Assembly (NCBI GenBank): GCA_963557735.1
Contig: CAUWEA010000005.1
Span: forward strand, 593-64,592
Reading direction: 5' to 3'
Source of the DNA: an uncultured Faecalimonas sp.
Lineage (GTDB): Bacteria; Bacillota; Clostridia; Lachnospirales; Lachnospiraceae
Length of the DNA: 64,000 bases
The notes under the pieces are model-generated. The model was not told the origin of the DNA and searched no databases. It saw only the letters and a list, made by a program, of their open reading frames with translations. Each line of letters begins with the position of its first letter. The stretch's first letter is position 1. Positions 46,307 to 55,298 of this stretch are shown here, one piece after another. The position numbers and the translations under genes were made by a program.

Positions 46307-48097
46307 CTATTTTCCATACATTTTTACATACCGCATAATCATTGTGGCCGTATCTGCACGACTGGCACCCTTCTGAGGCTGTATGCGTCCCTGATCTCCC
46401 GTAATAATTCCCTTTGCAACCGCCCATTCCACTGCTTCTTCTGCGAAACCCGTAACTGATTGATAATCTGGAAAACGCTCTAACTCTACTTTTTCTGAAA
46501 CATCAATTCCTTTACCTTTAGCATATCTATATATCATTGTGGCAAGTTCTTCCCTCGTCATCATATTCGCCGGACCAAATGTTCCGTCTAAGTATCCAGT
46601 AATAACTCCTGCCTTTGTTGCCCAAGTTACCGGTAATGAATAGAAGGTACCATCCGGAACATCCGGGTACTCAGGAATAAACTGTACCTGAGGTTCTCCC
46701 GCCATTCGATAAATCATCGTCACAAAATGTGATCTCTCCAATGACTTGGCAGCCCCGAAATATGTATCCTCCATTCCAAACATAATCCCCTGATCTCTTA
46801 CATATTCCACAGCCTCTCTATACCACGCATCATCAGGAACATCTGTAAATCCGCTTTGCGGCATCCCTTTTACAAGCCCATATTTCTGCGCGATCCCCGT
46901 TGCATCTGCAATTCCCAACTGTCTCAGAAAATTTTCATCCTGAAGTTTTGCCGCATCATATCCATGATCGAGAAACGCATGTTCTACAATGATCCCTGTC
47001 AGTCCAAGTTCTTTTGCCAGTACATTTGTTGTAAAGTAGTCTGCCTTACTTCCATCCGGATACTGGCCTGATGATCCTGCCAGTGTGCTGTCCTTAATCT
47101 TTGCTCCCCGGTTCGGAAGTCCCAGTGCGGTCAGCTGCTCTAAGATTTTATTCGATACACTAAGTCCTTCTTCCGACAGATCCGGCCGGTAATTCTTATT
47201 TGGATAATAAATCTCTGCCCCGGTCCCTCCACCGCTGTTAAAGTGAAGATCTACATAAAGGTCTGCCCCGGCATTTTTTGCATCGTATACTCTCTGATTC
47301 AGGCAATAGCTTGATGTTGAGTTGTAAGGACAACCTTCATTTTCCCGGATCATTACCACCCGGACACCGCTGTACTGTGATAACTCCTGCTGACAGTATC
47401 TTGCCACTTTCAATGTCAGCACTTCTTCCCGCAATCCATTTGCAGATGCTCCCGGATGATTTGCATCATGACCTGCACCGATTGCAACAACTACTTCTTT
47501 TCTCTCTCCACCTCGCGCATTCAGGGCAGCTGCCTCAGTGACTCCCGCCTCATCCAGTGTTTCTGAGATTGCGGCCTCCGCTGTTTCTGCTCCTGACTGC
47601 ACCATCTGATTACCATCATTCATAGAATAGGCTTCCACCTGGGCATCTGACTCCGGTACTGACAATGCCTCATCCGGCACTGCCTGGAAAGAAGCTGTAA
47701 TTCCTTTTTCTTCAAACAAAATTGTCTGCTCCTCACCTGTTCCATCTATATACGTAATTCCCGTAATCTGATACGTTCCGGTTTCTTCCATTCCCTGCTT
47801 CTGGAAGAGAACTGTATTGTTTAAAATCTGTGCTGCTTCCATCTCACCGGCAATTCCGGATTCGGTCTGATAGAATAACCTGGCTCCGCCAATTGTCATT
47901 TCCTCATTTTGAAAACCAACAACGATATTCTGTAAACCTGACATCCCCACAACATCCTCATCCAGATATACATACTCAACTTCTTCCGGTTCTGCTGCCT
48001 TTACAGACATTCCACAAATAAACACTGCCAGTGTCATGCACAGCAAAGCGATTATTTTTTCCACTGTTTTTCTCTGTGTTCTTACTGTACTTCTCAT
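46307..48097 (-). CDS. N-acetylmuramoyl-L-alanine amidase (Amidase_3) with three SLH domains
   Basis: Signal peptide; zinc ligands in GAGH...E, DLHFNS and IVEHAF; three C-terminal SLH repeats similar to those of the 24411 gene. Confidence 0.9.
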   Translation of the reverse strand: MRSTVRTQRKTVEKIIALLCMTLAVFICGMSVKAAEPEEVEYVYLDEDVVGMSGLQNIVVGFQNEEMTIGGARLFYQTESGIAGEMEAAQILNNTVLFQKQGMEETGTYQITGITYIDGTGEEQTILFEEKGITASFQAVPDEALSVPESDAQVEAYSMNDGNQMVQSGAETAEAAISETLDEAGVTEAAALNARGGERKEVVVAIGAGHDANHPGASANGLREEVLTLKVARYCQQELSQYSGVRVVMIRENEGCPYNSTSSYCLNQRVYDAKNAGADLYVDLHFNSGGGTGAEIYYPNKNYRPDLSEEGLSVSNKILEQLTALGLPNRGAKIKDSTLAGSSGQYPDGSKADYFTTNVLAKELGLTGIIVEHAFLDHGYDAAKLQDENFLRQLGIADATGIAQKYGLVKGMPQSGFTDVPDDAWYREAVEYVRDQGIMFGMEDTYFGAAKSLERSHFVTMIYRMAGEPQVQFIPEYPDVPDGTFYSLPVTWATKAGVITGYLDGTFGPANMMTREELATMIYRYAKGKGIDVSEKVELERFPDYQSVTGFAEEAVEWAVAKGIITGDQGRIQPQKGASRADTATMIMRYVKMYGK

Positions 48098-48100
48098 AAA

Positions 48101-49651
48101 TTATTCTTCTCCCTCCATTTTGATATCGCTGACAAAATTATCAAAAAACTTCGATTCTTTTACCAGTTCTTCATCCACTGTTTCAATTCCATACTGCTCT
48201 GCCAGTGTCGGCTCTGCTGAGAACAGATTCGTTCCAAGTCCAAGCCGCTCTCCCTGGATCGTCACACCCATGCTTGCAAGTGTAGACGGGAACATGTCCA
48301 TTGTCGTAAACTGTCTGTTTTTTGTCTGGACCGGCATCACCGCCGGATTGATAAACGCATTGTAGACTGTCCTCTGATAGGAAGGATCAATATTCAGACA
48401 AAAATCGCTGTCCATTGTAAGATGATCTCCTGCCATAACAATCGTTGTGTTCGGATAAAAACTCTGCTGCTGGATCCATGTAAGAAATTCCTGCAGCTGA
48501 TGACTCGCACACAAGTACACATTCGCATATTGGTTATCTGTCATTGGCTGACATTTTTCACAATAATACCCATCTTCAAAATGAGTGTCTACCGTCAGCA
48601 TTGTAAAGTTGAACGGCTGCCCAGTCATCGAAATCTCTGTCAGCTTTTCTTTTGCGATATCAAACAGCTTCTGATCTTCATATCCCCACCATACCCGGTA
48701 ATCCGGCGGGATCTTTCCAGTTGCATTCGCCCATCCATAGTCAAGCATCTCATAATTTCCATGCTGCTCAAAATAATTCTTTCTTCCGCCAAACTCTGCA
48801 TCCGATCCGATCAAAAGTGACTGATGATATCCCTGCTCTGCCAGGATATCCCCGAGACTTGTAACTGCCGGCATAAAGAGATCCTGCTCAGACATTGCAT
48901 TTCCATCGATCGGAATCTTCAGGGGAAGTCCAGACGTCTGTGCAAACATTCCTCCCATCGTCCACGTAGAGCCAAATGCCGGATATGCACCTCCTGCCAG
49001 CAGTTCCGAATTGGAAAAGCTGATATTATTTCTGGCGATCTCTGTCAGTTCCGGAATTACATTCTGATCAAAGGCGCCTCCGTCTTCTTTTCCCATAAAA
49101 GTCGCCTCTGTCGATTCCAGGAAAATATAGATCAGATTTCTCTTCTGTTCCGGGAAAATAATCTCGGTATTTTTTGCATCTACATAATTGTCCTGGATAA
49201 ACGTAGAATCTTTTCCCTGTGTTTCCAGATAAGTTCCGATGTCAAGATTTACCCAGAGGTAATCTGCCGCGCTGACTGACAGAACAACTGCCCCTGCAAT
49301 TCCTGCTGCACAAACTGCAGCATATCGTTTTCTTTTCTTCCTGACCGCAGTAAAAATTGCCATTTCCAGCAGCATGACAAGAATCGCTGCTGGAAGACAC
49401 TGATTCATGAAATCAAAAATCATATCTGTGTTGGTTCCTTCCATCGGTACTTTCAGATGGAAGATAATTTCATCGAAGGTAATCAGTCCCCATGTATCCA
49501 TCACCCATCTGGATGCATTAAACAATACAATTCCGACTCCGCTTAACAAAATTACCAGAATACTGACAACTGCCAAAACAATTTTTTGCCCTATTTTTAT
49601 AATTCTGATGTTTTTTATACTTTTTATGATTTTTTCCATTTTATTCTGCAT
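48101..49651 (-). CDS. LTA-synthase/sulfatase family phosphoglycerol transferase (GacH/OpgB-like)
   Basis: Three N-terminal TMs, NLIYIFLES, WTMGG (catalytic Thr), LTVDTH and GDHL motifs. Confidence 0.82.
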   Translation of the reverse strand: MQNKMEKIIKSIKNIRIIKIGQKIVLAVVSILVILLSGVGIVLFNASRWVMDTWGLITFDEIIFHLKVPMEGTNTDMIFDFMNQCLPAAILVMLLEMAIFTAVRKKRKRYAAVCAAGIAGAVVLSVSAADYLWVNLDIGTYLETQGKDSTFIQDNYVDAKNTEIIFPEQKRNLIYIFLESTEATFMGKEDGGAFDQNVIPELTEIARNNISFSNSELLAGGAYPAFGSTWTMGGMFAQTSGLPLKIPIDGNAMSEQDLFMPAVTSLGDILAEQGYHQSLLIGSDAEFGGRKNYFEQHGNYEMLDYGWANATGKIPPDYRVWWGYEDQKLFDIAKEKLTEISMTGQPFNFTMLTVDTHFEDGYYCEKCQPMTDNQYANVYLCASHQLQEFLTWIQQQSFYPNTTIVMAGDHLTMDSDFCLNIDPSYQRTVYNAFINPAVMPVQTKNRQFTTMDMFPSTLASMGVTIQGERLGLGTNLFSAEPTLAEQYGIETVDEELVKESKFFDNFVSDIKMEGEE

Positions 49652-49684
49652 TACTTTTCTGTTTTTCCATTCTGACTACCAGCA

Positions 49685-50605
49685 CTATCCGAATAATTTT
49701 TCCGGATAAACACCCTCATCCACAAGTTTTCTGACAGCTTCTACAACAGCTTCTTTGTCTTCTTTGTAGGTAACTCCAAACCACCTGTCATGTGATTTCA
49801 AAACTTTTACATCCACTTTTTCTTCTTTTAACAGATCGCCGATGATCGTTGGAAGCAGGTATTCTGCTTTCAGATTATCTTCTGCAATCCCGGAAAGAAA
49901 TTCTTCAAATCCCTTTTCTAAAATCTGGAAAAATTCCGGAGTCAGTCCCCACATATTCATTGACACCGGGGATTCCATGTCGATTGGCTTCATTCCCCCA
50001 TCTGTGCGAACTGCAGCGCCCTCCGGCACCATCTCGATCTGATGTGTCTCCACAATATCTGTCAGCATTCCTTCGTCATCTACTTTGCAGATTCCTCTTG
50101 TCACACCGCCATTTTCACTCAACGTATTTTTAAGAACAAATCCTACCATGCAGATCTGCTGTTTCGCGGACATTTTCTTCTGCTCTGTCAGATATTGAAA
50201 AGCTTCTGTGTAAGCTTCTTTTCCATAATAATCATCTGCATTGATCACAAGAAACGGTTCTTTTACTACATCTTTACAGCAAAGGATTGCCTGACCGGTT
50301 CCCCATGGCTTTATCCTCTGTGCAAATTTCTCTCTGTATTTTTGAGGAATGTCATTCCGCTCCTGATATGCATATGCTACTTCGATCACTTTCTCGATCC
50401 GGTTCCCGATCACTTCTCTGAAATCTTTTTCCAGATCTTTGCGGATCACAAATACAACTTTGTCAAACCCTGCTTCCCTTGCATCTGCGATTGAATAATC
50501 CATAATGATCTCTCCGTTTGGCCCTACCGGTTCCAACTGTTTGATACCTCCGCCAAATCTGCTCCCAATGCCTGCCGCCATAATTACCAATGTTGCTTTG
50601 CTCAT
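49685..50605 (-). CDS. Sugar-phosphate nucleotidyltransferase family protein
   Basis: MAAGIGSRFGG.IKQL, PWGTGQA, VINADDYYG and E.LLP motifs; ATG 50605. Confidence 0.8.
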   Translation of the reverse strand: MSKATLVIMAAGIGSRFGGGIKQLEPVGPNGEIIMDYSIADAREAGFDKVVFVIRKDLEKDFREVIGNRIEKVIEVAYAYQERNDIPQKYREKFAQRIKPWGTGQAILCCKDVVKEPFLVINADDYYGKEAYTEAFQYLTEQKKMSAKQQICMVGFVLKNTLSENGGVTRGICKVDDEGMLTDIVETHQIEMVPEGAAVRTDGGMKPIDMESPVSMNMWGLTPEFFQILEKGFEEFLSGIAEDNLKAEYLLPTIIGDLLKEEKVDVKVLKSHDRWFGVTYKEDKEAVVEAVRKLVDEGVYPEKLFG

Positions 50606-50663
50606 TTTTCTTTCTCCTTTTTTCTGCAAAAATAGTCGAGATCAATGCTCGACTATTTTTCTT

Positions 50664-50927
50664 TTATTCCCCTAAACCATTCTCAATCATTCCAATTATT
50701 TCCCGGGCTGCCTCTTCTTCATCTTCACCCTCGAATATAAATTCTACATCATCTCCAGTTTTCACGCAAGCCCCTAAAATACTTAAAACACTTTTTGCAT
50801 TTCCATTTGAATTTCTTGTCTGAAATGTAATTTTACTCTCAAACTGAATTGCTACCTTACATAAAAGTCCGGCAGGACTTAAATGAAGCCCCGTTGGATT
50901 TTTAATTTTTACCGTCTGCCTTATCAT
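50664..50927 (-). CDS. HPr family phosphocarrier protein
   Basis: 87 aa; NPTGLH (His15 equivalent), NAKSVLSIL (Ser46 equivalent) and FEGEDEEEA. Confidence 0.88.
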   Translation of the reverse strand: MIRQTVKIKNPTGLHLSPAGLLCKVAIQFESKITFQTRNSNGNAKSVLSILGACVKTGDDVEFIFEGEDEEEAAREIIGMIENGLGE

Positions 50928-50939
50928 TTTTCTACCACC

Positions 50940-52178
50940 TTATTTCTTCTTTTCTATTGTAATATTTATTTTTTCTCCCTTATACTGACAGTCTCCGTAC
51001 CCCTCTACAACCGGAATAACCTGATATTTCCCAGGCTGCTTAAAATCTTTCAGATCAACATAAACATTAATCTTATCTACATCCAGCTTTGCCAGATTTT
51101 CTTCCGTACCTATGAATACCAGTTCAATCTGTTCTGAATCAATACTAACCTTCAGCCCCTCCTCCAGTTCTCTTGGAATCACAGAAGACACCGGCACATG
51201 AATCCGCCTTGTCCCACCTTCACTGACAGAAATAGTTACCGCAATATTCCTCTGGCTTTCATCCACCAGTTTTGTATTTTCCGGCAGATACGGTGTCAGA
51301 TCAATTCCCACTTCTGTTCTCTCATTGATCTCATCTACTTCCAGCGCCTCCGATGGAACCGTAATTTTATCTATCTCTTTCAGCACATCCGGTCTTCCTG
51401 CAATCTGTATCTCCGCCGGCTCTACAATGGCCTCTTCCACAAAATAATTTTCGGCAATTTTATCCTGATACAGAACGTCCAGCTTAATATTTTTTGTATC
51501 CAGCATTTCCACATTGACCGACACTCCTTTGTCCCCAAGATTTGTCTGAAACTGGTCAATCACTCCTCCTCCTGCGTCATACAGAATCAGTTCTGCCGGC
51601 ACCGTTCCGTCATTTGACATCCCTGATACATCCGCTTTTGCCACAACTTTACTAATCTGATTAATCGCGCTGACTCCTCCCTGAATTGTAATGTATGCCG
51701 GATCCGGTGTGACTGGTCCAAGAACGTACCCATCTCTTACCGTTCCCCTTGTCTCTGCTACAATCGGAAATCTTTTTGACAGATAATTTTCAATCTCCAC
51801 TTCCAGGTTTCTTGGATCTGTATACGCTTCTTCATAATCACCCTCATAACCGTTGATATTTACTTCCACAGGAATCAGTGCCCTGCTCTCTAAATTCTGC
51901 ATATCTGCATATGCGGTGATTTTTTCCGGATGCTCTTTTAAATTGGTCAGAATAGATTTTTTTGCCTTGACAGTTACTGCCACACTCTGATCTCCTGATA
52001 CGGAATAGGTTTTTCCTTTTGATGTGATAATATCATCATTGCGTATCCGGACCGATACTCCCTTAAATGTTTCTGAGTCCACCGGATCTTCTACATTCAT
52101 AACAACGAACCACAGAATAGCTGAAAAAAGTAAAGCAATTACTTTTAGCCCGATATTATTTATCAGTCTTTCCCTCAT
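50940..52178 (-). CDS. cdaR: CdaR/YbbR family diadenylate cyclase regulator
   Basis: N-terminal K..ALLFSAILW.V TM followed by several YbbR-like repeats; overlaps the cdaA end. Confidence 0.88.
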   Translation of the reverse strand: MRERLINNIGLKVIALLFSAILWFVVMNVEDPVDSETFKGVSVRIRNDDIITSKGKTYSVSGDQSVAVTVKAKKSILTNLKEHPEKITAYADMQNLESRALIPVEVNINGYEGDYEEAYTDPRNLEVEIENYLSKRFPIVAETRGTVRDGYVLGPVTPDPAYITIQGGVSAINQISKVVAKADVSGMSNDGTVPAELILYDAGGGVIDQFQTNLGDKGVSVNVEMLDTKNIKLDVLYQDKIAENYFVEEAIVEPAEIQIAGRPDVLKEIDKITVPSEALEVDEINERTEVGIDLTPYLPENTKLVDESQRNIAVTISVSEGGTRRIHVPVSSVIPRELEEGLKVSIDSEQIELVFIGTEENLAKLDVDKINVYVDLKDFKQPGKYQVIPVVEGYGDCQYKGEKINITIEKKK

Positions 52179-53037
52179 CTTTCCGACTTCCTTTCCATAA
52201 TCTGAATCTCTTTCTTTCCACTGTTCGATCCTGGACATCGATCAGGCGCTCCGTCAGTCTTTCAGGTTGTACATTTCGTTCCAGTCTTCCACCCATTGCA
52301 ACTGATACAGCCCCCGTCTCCTCTGATACAGCAATAATCAGGGCATCACTCACTTCACTCATTCCCACTGCCGCCCTGTGCCTTGTTCCCAGTTCTTTGC
52401 TCAGACTCATATTATCTGAAAGCGGCAGATAACAGGTTGCTGACACAATCCGGTCTCCTCTTATAATGATTGCCCCATCATGCAGCGGAGTGTTGTGCTC
52501 AAAAATATTAATCAGTACCTGACTGGATACGAGACAATCCAGGCGAATCCCCGTACTCTCGTATTCCGTAAGCTTAATTGCTCTTTCCACAACAATCAGC
52601 GCACCCGTTTTTACCTTTCCCATTTCAAAACATGCCCGGACTATCCCATCAATCGTCTCCGTACTAAACCGCACATTTTCTCTTTTTTTATCGATCGGAA
52701 CTACTGAGGACAGTATATTTCTTTCCCCCAGCTTTTCCAGCGCCCTTCTGAGTTCCGGCTGAAATACAACGACCGCCGCCATTGCAAGCACGTCAATTGC
52801 ATGTCCCGCAAGAAATAAAACAGTATTCATTTCAAGAATCGCGGCAATAAAAATGAAAACACAGAGTACCAACATTCCTTTCAGCAGCATCCATGCTTTC
52901 GTATTTTTAATCCATACCATTATTTCATATACAAGTATGGCAATAATTATAATTTCAATAATATCTACTGCCTTAATCTCAGGCATATACCATGCTGAAA
53001 TATATTTTTCAAAAATCCTTTCTATCTGTTCTTTCAT
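52156..53037 (-). CDS. cdaA: Diadenylate cyclase CdaA
   Basis: Three TMs, FQPELRRALE, TPLHDGA (DGA), GTRHRAA (RHR) and VSEETG motifs. Confidence 0.95.
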   Translation of the reverse strand: MKEQIERIFEKYISAWYMPEIKAVDIIEIIIIAILVYEIMVWIKNTKAWMLLKGMLVLCVFIFIAAILEMNTVLFLAGHAIDVLAMAAVVVFQPELRRALEKLGERNILSSVVPIDKKRENVRFSTETIDGIVRACFEMGKVKTGALIVVERAIKLTEYESTGIRLDCLVSSQVLINIFEHNTPLHDGAIIIRGDRIVSATCYLPLSDNMSLSKELGTRHRAAVGMSEVSDALIIAVSEETGAVSVAMGGRLERNVQPERLTERLIDVQDRTVERKRFRLWKGSRKDEGKTDK

Positions 53038-53066
53038 TTTTTCACCTCCCAGGCTGAATTTCTATA

Positions 53067-54116
53067 CTATTTTTCTAATTCATGCTCTATCATTTTCTGC
53101 AGGTTCACTTCTTCTATATTGCCCTGACTGTCTGCTGTTCGTTCTTCCTCTTCTTGGATTTCTTCTTTTGAAATCGTTGTTGTCTCCTGTCTCTCGTTAA
53201 TCTTTTTTATTGTTTTCTCCATTGCCGGCACCGAAATCTTCGGAACCGCCTTGATGTAATAATAATATTCGTCATCCTCAAACTGGATCCGCTCTGTCCG
53301 CGAATAGTCCACGGTAAACACAAAAAACTCCAGTACAACAGCTACCAGAGCAGCCACCACGTTGCCCCCGATCATAGAACCATAAGGAATATGTACATCA
53401 AAGACAAGTTCACCGCTCACAACGAGTACGATATTGGAAATGATCCCGACAGCGATCGCCACTTTCCATGCATAGTCAAACGAACTTCTGCGGATCGCAT
53501 ATACGATCAGCAGACTCACAGAAAATGCCAGCACAAAGATCAACATCTCTTTATTTGTGAATACCTGCTTTGTAAATTCCGTCACTGCCTGCAGCATCCC
53601 CTCGGCTCCTGCTCCGCCTTTGAATGCGGTTGCAGAACCTGACACAAGGTGCAGCATAAAATAAACGATCGTTCCACATGCCACCGGCACAAGATAGACC
53701 GGTGTCCCGATCAGACCGTAGATAACCGGGATCACATATGGGATCTTAAACAGAAATGCCAGCGGTGTCATTAAGAGGATCATCGCTGTACCCGGCGCAA
53801 ACCGGAAATAGAAGATAAACATCATTAAAAATATCGCCGCAGTCACGGCAAATACTGCCAGTGAAAGCGAAAACATATGCAGTAATACCAGAACGGCTGC
53901 CGCCACGGCCATGCAAACCGGAGGCAAAAATGTAAATAAGACCGCCAGTCCTGCCGTCACATAGTCAGCTGCCGCCAGTTCCATATACCCGATCCTGGAA
54001 TTGATCATCCCAAATACAAGGATTCCGAGGATCAGCTGAAGCACTTTATCGATATACTTTGCATACCGCGCATATACTTTCTGCATCTCTTCTTTCCACA
54101 CGTATAAACTATTCAT
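53067..54116 (-). CDS. Polytopic hypothetical membrane protein
   Basis: About 9-10 TMs, cytoplasmic DYSRTERIQFEDDEYYYYIKAVPK tail; adjacent to the upstream gene with no gap. Confidence 0.8.
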   Translation of the reverse strand: MNSLYVWKEEMQKVYARYAKYIDKVLQLILGILVFGMINSRIGYMELAAADYVTAGLAVLFTFLPPVCMAVAAAVLVLLHMFSLSLAVFAVTAAIFLMMFIFYFRFAPGTAMILLMTPLAFLFKIPYVIPVIYGLIGTPVYLVPVACGTIVYFMLHLVSGSATAFKGGAGAEGMLQAVTEFTKQVFTNKEMLIFVLAFSVSLLIVYAIRRSSFDYAWKVAIAVGIISNIVLVVSGELVFDVHIPYGSMIGGNVVAALVAVVLEFFVFTVDYSRTERIQFEDDEYYYYIKAVPKISVPAMEKTIKKINERQETTTISKEEIQEEEERTADSQGNIEEVNLQKMIEHELEK

Positions 54117-54512
54117 CTACATATTCTCCTTTTTATACATCTTACTCAGGCGCGATAAATTTCTGTAATATCTCTTTACTCTTAATTTTGCCTCATTATG
54201 TTTTCTCTTATAGTAGCTTCCTGCTATCATCCCATAAATGATCAGCACAGCAATATATCCGATAACGACCAGCACTCCAAGCAGAAAGAATCTTGCAAGC
54301 GTCAGTCCCTCAAAGATCTTCTCCAGATTCACAAGGAAAAACAATCCGACTGCCAGTCCGTATCCGATCGTCGTCCAGATTACTGTGAGGATCGTGTGGA
54401 AACTCACATAATCTTTTCTATAATAACTGTTTACCTTAAAATCTTCTTTGCCTTGTCCTTCTTCATAGGAGGCCAGCTTTATCATCATCTTTACCCGTTC
54501 CTCATTTAACAT
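54117..54512 (-). CDS. Two-TM hypothetical protein
   Basis: MLNEERVKMMIKLASYE...YYRKDY, two hydrophobic helices, RBS GAGG. Confidence 0.78.
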   Translation of the reverse strand: MLNEERVKMMIKLASYEEGQGKEDFKVNSYYRKDYVSFHTILTVIWTTIGYGLAVGLFFLVNLEKIFEGLTLARFFLLGVLVVIGYIAVLIIYGMIAGSYYKRKHNEAKLRVKRYYRNLSRLSKMYKKENM

Positions 54513-54573
54513 TTTGTCACCTCTGTCTCCGTTCTTCCCCTCAGCTAAACGCTGTTTTTAGTATAGCATATAA

Positions 54574-55293
54574 TCAGAAACCTTGTCCAACACTTATAGT
54601 CAGAAAATACACTTTTTGCACTCCCTTTTCCTTTAAGATCCGGGCGATCTCATCGATAGTGCTCCCGGTTGTATAAATATCGTCGACCAGAAGGACATTT
54701 TTCTTTTTCTTCCAGTCAGCAGACACCGAAAATGCCCTGGAAAGCGCTCTTCTTCTCTCCTGCGGATTCATTGTCTTAAGCGGATCTGTTTTCTGTACTC
54801 TGCTGACTGCAAAAGACTCCACCGGAATCCGGATCCTTCTGGAAAGTTCTTCTGCCAGCACTTCTGCCTGATTGTACCCTCTCTTCTTGCGCCTGCTCTT
54901 ATGGACCGGAACCGGAATGATCACTTCAATCTTCCACTGCCTGATCAGACCGGAAAACTGTTCTGCCATCCTGGCTGCATAATACTCTGCAAAAACACGT
55001 CGGTTTTTGTACTTAAACCGGTAAACAGACTGAGACACCGGCATTTTATGGATCCAGAGGCTTCTCCCCTGCTCGTAGAAATGTTCCATGCTCTGACAGT
55101 CATAACAAAACTCCTGTTCTTCATAGCGCACCGGCTTTCCACATCTTTTACAGCGCGGCTCCTCGATCAGCCGGACCTCTTTTTTGCACGCTTCACAGAC
55201 TCCTTCGGAAGCCACTGTTCCACAAAATACACATGTCGTTGGATACAGTAAGCTCAAAATCTTTCTTTTCCATGTTTCTATTTGTTCTCTCAT
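54574..55293 (-). CDS. comF: ComF family protein (zinc ribbon plus PRTase-like domain)
   Basis: CxxC pairs, PVPVH...RGYNQA and LLVDDIYTTGST motifs. Confidence 0.9.
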   Translation of the reverse strand: MREQIETWKRKILSLLYPTTCVFCGTVASEGVCEACKKEVRLIEEPRCKRCGKPVRYEEQEFCYDCQSMEHFYEQGRSLWIHKMPVSQSVYRFKYKNRRVFAEYYAARMAEQFSGLIRQWKIEVIIPVPVHKSRRKKRGYNQAEVLAEELSRRIRIPVESFAVSRVQKTDPLKTMNPQERRRALSRAFSVSADWKKKKNVLLVDDIYTTGSTIDEIARILKEKGVQKVYFLTISVGQGF

Positions 55294-55298
55294 CTGCG

